Source of the DNA: Verrucomicrobiota bacterium
GTDB taxonomy: Bacteria; Verrucomicrobiota; Verrucomicrobiia; Limisphaerales; JADLHS01
Direction of reading: 5' to 3'
DNA length: 64,000 bases
NCBI GenBank assembly: GCA_013140495.1
Contig: JABFSR010000045.1
Coordinates: 825-64,824, forward strand
Numbering within the stretch: position 1 is the first letter of the stretch; each line of letters begins with the position of its first letter. Positions 63,172-64,000 of the stretch are shown here, piece by piece. A model generated the notes under the pieces. That model saw only the letters and a list, made by a program, of their open reading frames with translations. It was not told the origin of the DNA and made no database searches. Made by a program: the position numbers and the translations under genes.

Positions 63172-63200
63172 ATCAAGTTCGGTTTCAATGTTGTCGAACT

Positions 63201-63896
63201 TCAGTTCAAGTCAAACAACAGCACTTGAGATTTTCCGGTGGCCGTGAGCTGCAACTTCGCTTCCTCACTGACCGCCGCCGCGTCGCCCGCGTTCAATTTC
63301 TTGCCGTTCAAGGTCACTTCGCCTTCCGCGACATGCACCCACGCATGACGTTTGGGCTGGAGCGAATGTTCAACCGTATCGCCTGCATTCAACCGGGCGA
63401 GAAACAATTCCGCGTCCTGATTGATGGCGATCGACTCATCACGGCCGGACTTGCTCGCGACGAGATGCAACTGGCCCGCTGGTTTGTTGGCGAAATGTTT
63501 TTCACCATAGCCCGGCTTCACGCCGCCTTTGTCCGGCTTGATCCAGATTTGGAGCAAGTGCGTGCTGTCCTTCTCGGACGGATTGAATTCGCTATGCAAC
63601 ACGCCGGTGCCGGCGGCCATATATTGGAAATCGCCGGGCCGGATCACGCTGCCGTTGCCCATGGAATCCTTGTGCTCCAACGCGCCTTCCAGCACGTAGC
63701 TGATGATTTCCATGTCGCGATGCGGGTGCATGCCGAACCCGCCGCCGGGCGCGATGCGATCGTCATTGATGACGCGCAACGAACGGAAACCCATGTGCGC
63801 CGGGTCGTGATACTCGGCAAAGGAAAAGCTGAACCGGCTGTCGAGCCAGCCGTGGTTGGCATGGCCGCGTTCATCGGATTTTCGGATGGTCATCAT
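63201..63896 (-). CDS. pirin family protein
   Basis: GFGMHPHRDMEIISYVLEGALEHKDSMGN, LQIWI. Confidence 0.9.
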   Translation of the reverse strand: MMTIRKSDERGHANHGWLDSRFSFSFAEYHDPAHMGFRSLRVINDDRIAPGGGFGMHPHRDMEIISYVLEGALEHKDSMGNGSVIRPGDFQYMAAGTGVLHSEFNPSEKDSTHLLQIWIKPDKGGVKPGYGEKHFANKPAGQLHLVASKSGRDESIAINQDAELFLARLNAGDTVEHSLQPKRHAWVHVAEGEVTLNGKKLNAGDAAAVSEEAKLQLTATGKSQVLLFDLN

Positions 63897-64000
63897 ATCG
63901 TTTCTCTTTCTCTTTAATTTCGTTCTCTTCTTCTCGTCCGCGAAACCCTCTCGGTTTCACATGAACATGATTAACCCGGGCTGCGAAAGTCGCCCGATAC

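Noticed and set aside
1-64000. Search for tRNA/rRNA genes, CRISPR arrays, integrases, transposases, phage or defence-system genes
   Set aside because: I recognised none by eye. The 12.6-19.6 kb stretch looks AT-richer and accessory, but it has no mobility genes or flanking direct repeats that I could find.

Overview
64 kb of a high-GC bacterial chromosome. I saw no rRNA, tRNA, CRISPR array, integrase or transposase. The gene content, the A-rich Shine-Dalgarno-poor leaders and dispersed hairpin repeats that translate as ..EPPHVGC.. suggest Verrucomicrobiota/PVC, but that is inference and cannot be verified here.

The window falls into three blocks.

(i) 1-21 kb is a regulatory/accessory block. 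One ~6.3 kb co-directional operon encodes a catalytic-domain-less HisKA_3 paralogue with a Gln in place of the phospho-His, a HisKA_3 kinase, KaiC, two KaiB, a PAS-HisKA_3 kinase and a NarL/LuxR response regulator. After it come two tandem DUF3494 (ice-binding-like) secreted proteins, a CheY-like receiver, and a decayed second PAS-kinase next to an intact second LuxR regulator. The block ends with a LuxR protein carrying ten TEQAEAR-type heptads, an FN3 protein and a CBM48-ElaB-YqjE-YqjK operon. An 18-25 bp box (TAGGGTwACACCCCAT) lies upstream of most of these units, and no complete copy occurs in the other 44 kb.

(ii) 21-36.5 kb and 49.3-64 kb are mostly housekeeping: transglutaminase-like protein, GH130, hybrid kinase, SufU, ChbG/HpnK, LemA-M48, HPr, GatCA, TrpRS, DprA, ADH, ECF sigma, Fba, Hsp20, NagB, MoxR-DUF58-transglutaminase, YceI and pirin.

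(iii) 36.8-49.1 kb is a flagellar operon, flgB to fliN, in Bacillus/spirochaete-like order behind a good sigma-54-type promoter match.

The best candidate for something new is the KaiA-less Kai cassette wired to HisKA_3/LuxR signalling, together with its putative box-defined regulon. Several families of intergenic hairpin or short-period repeats, some embedded in 5' ends of ORFs, are also notable. All calls rest on reading the translations and the DNA by eye; no searches were run.
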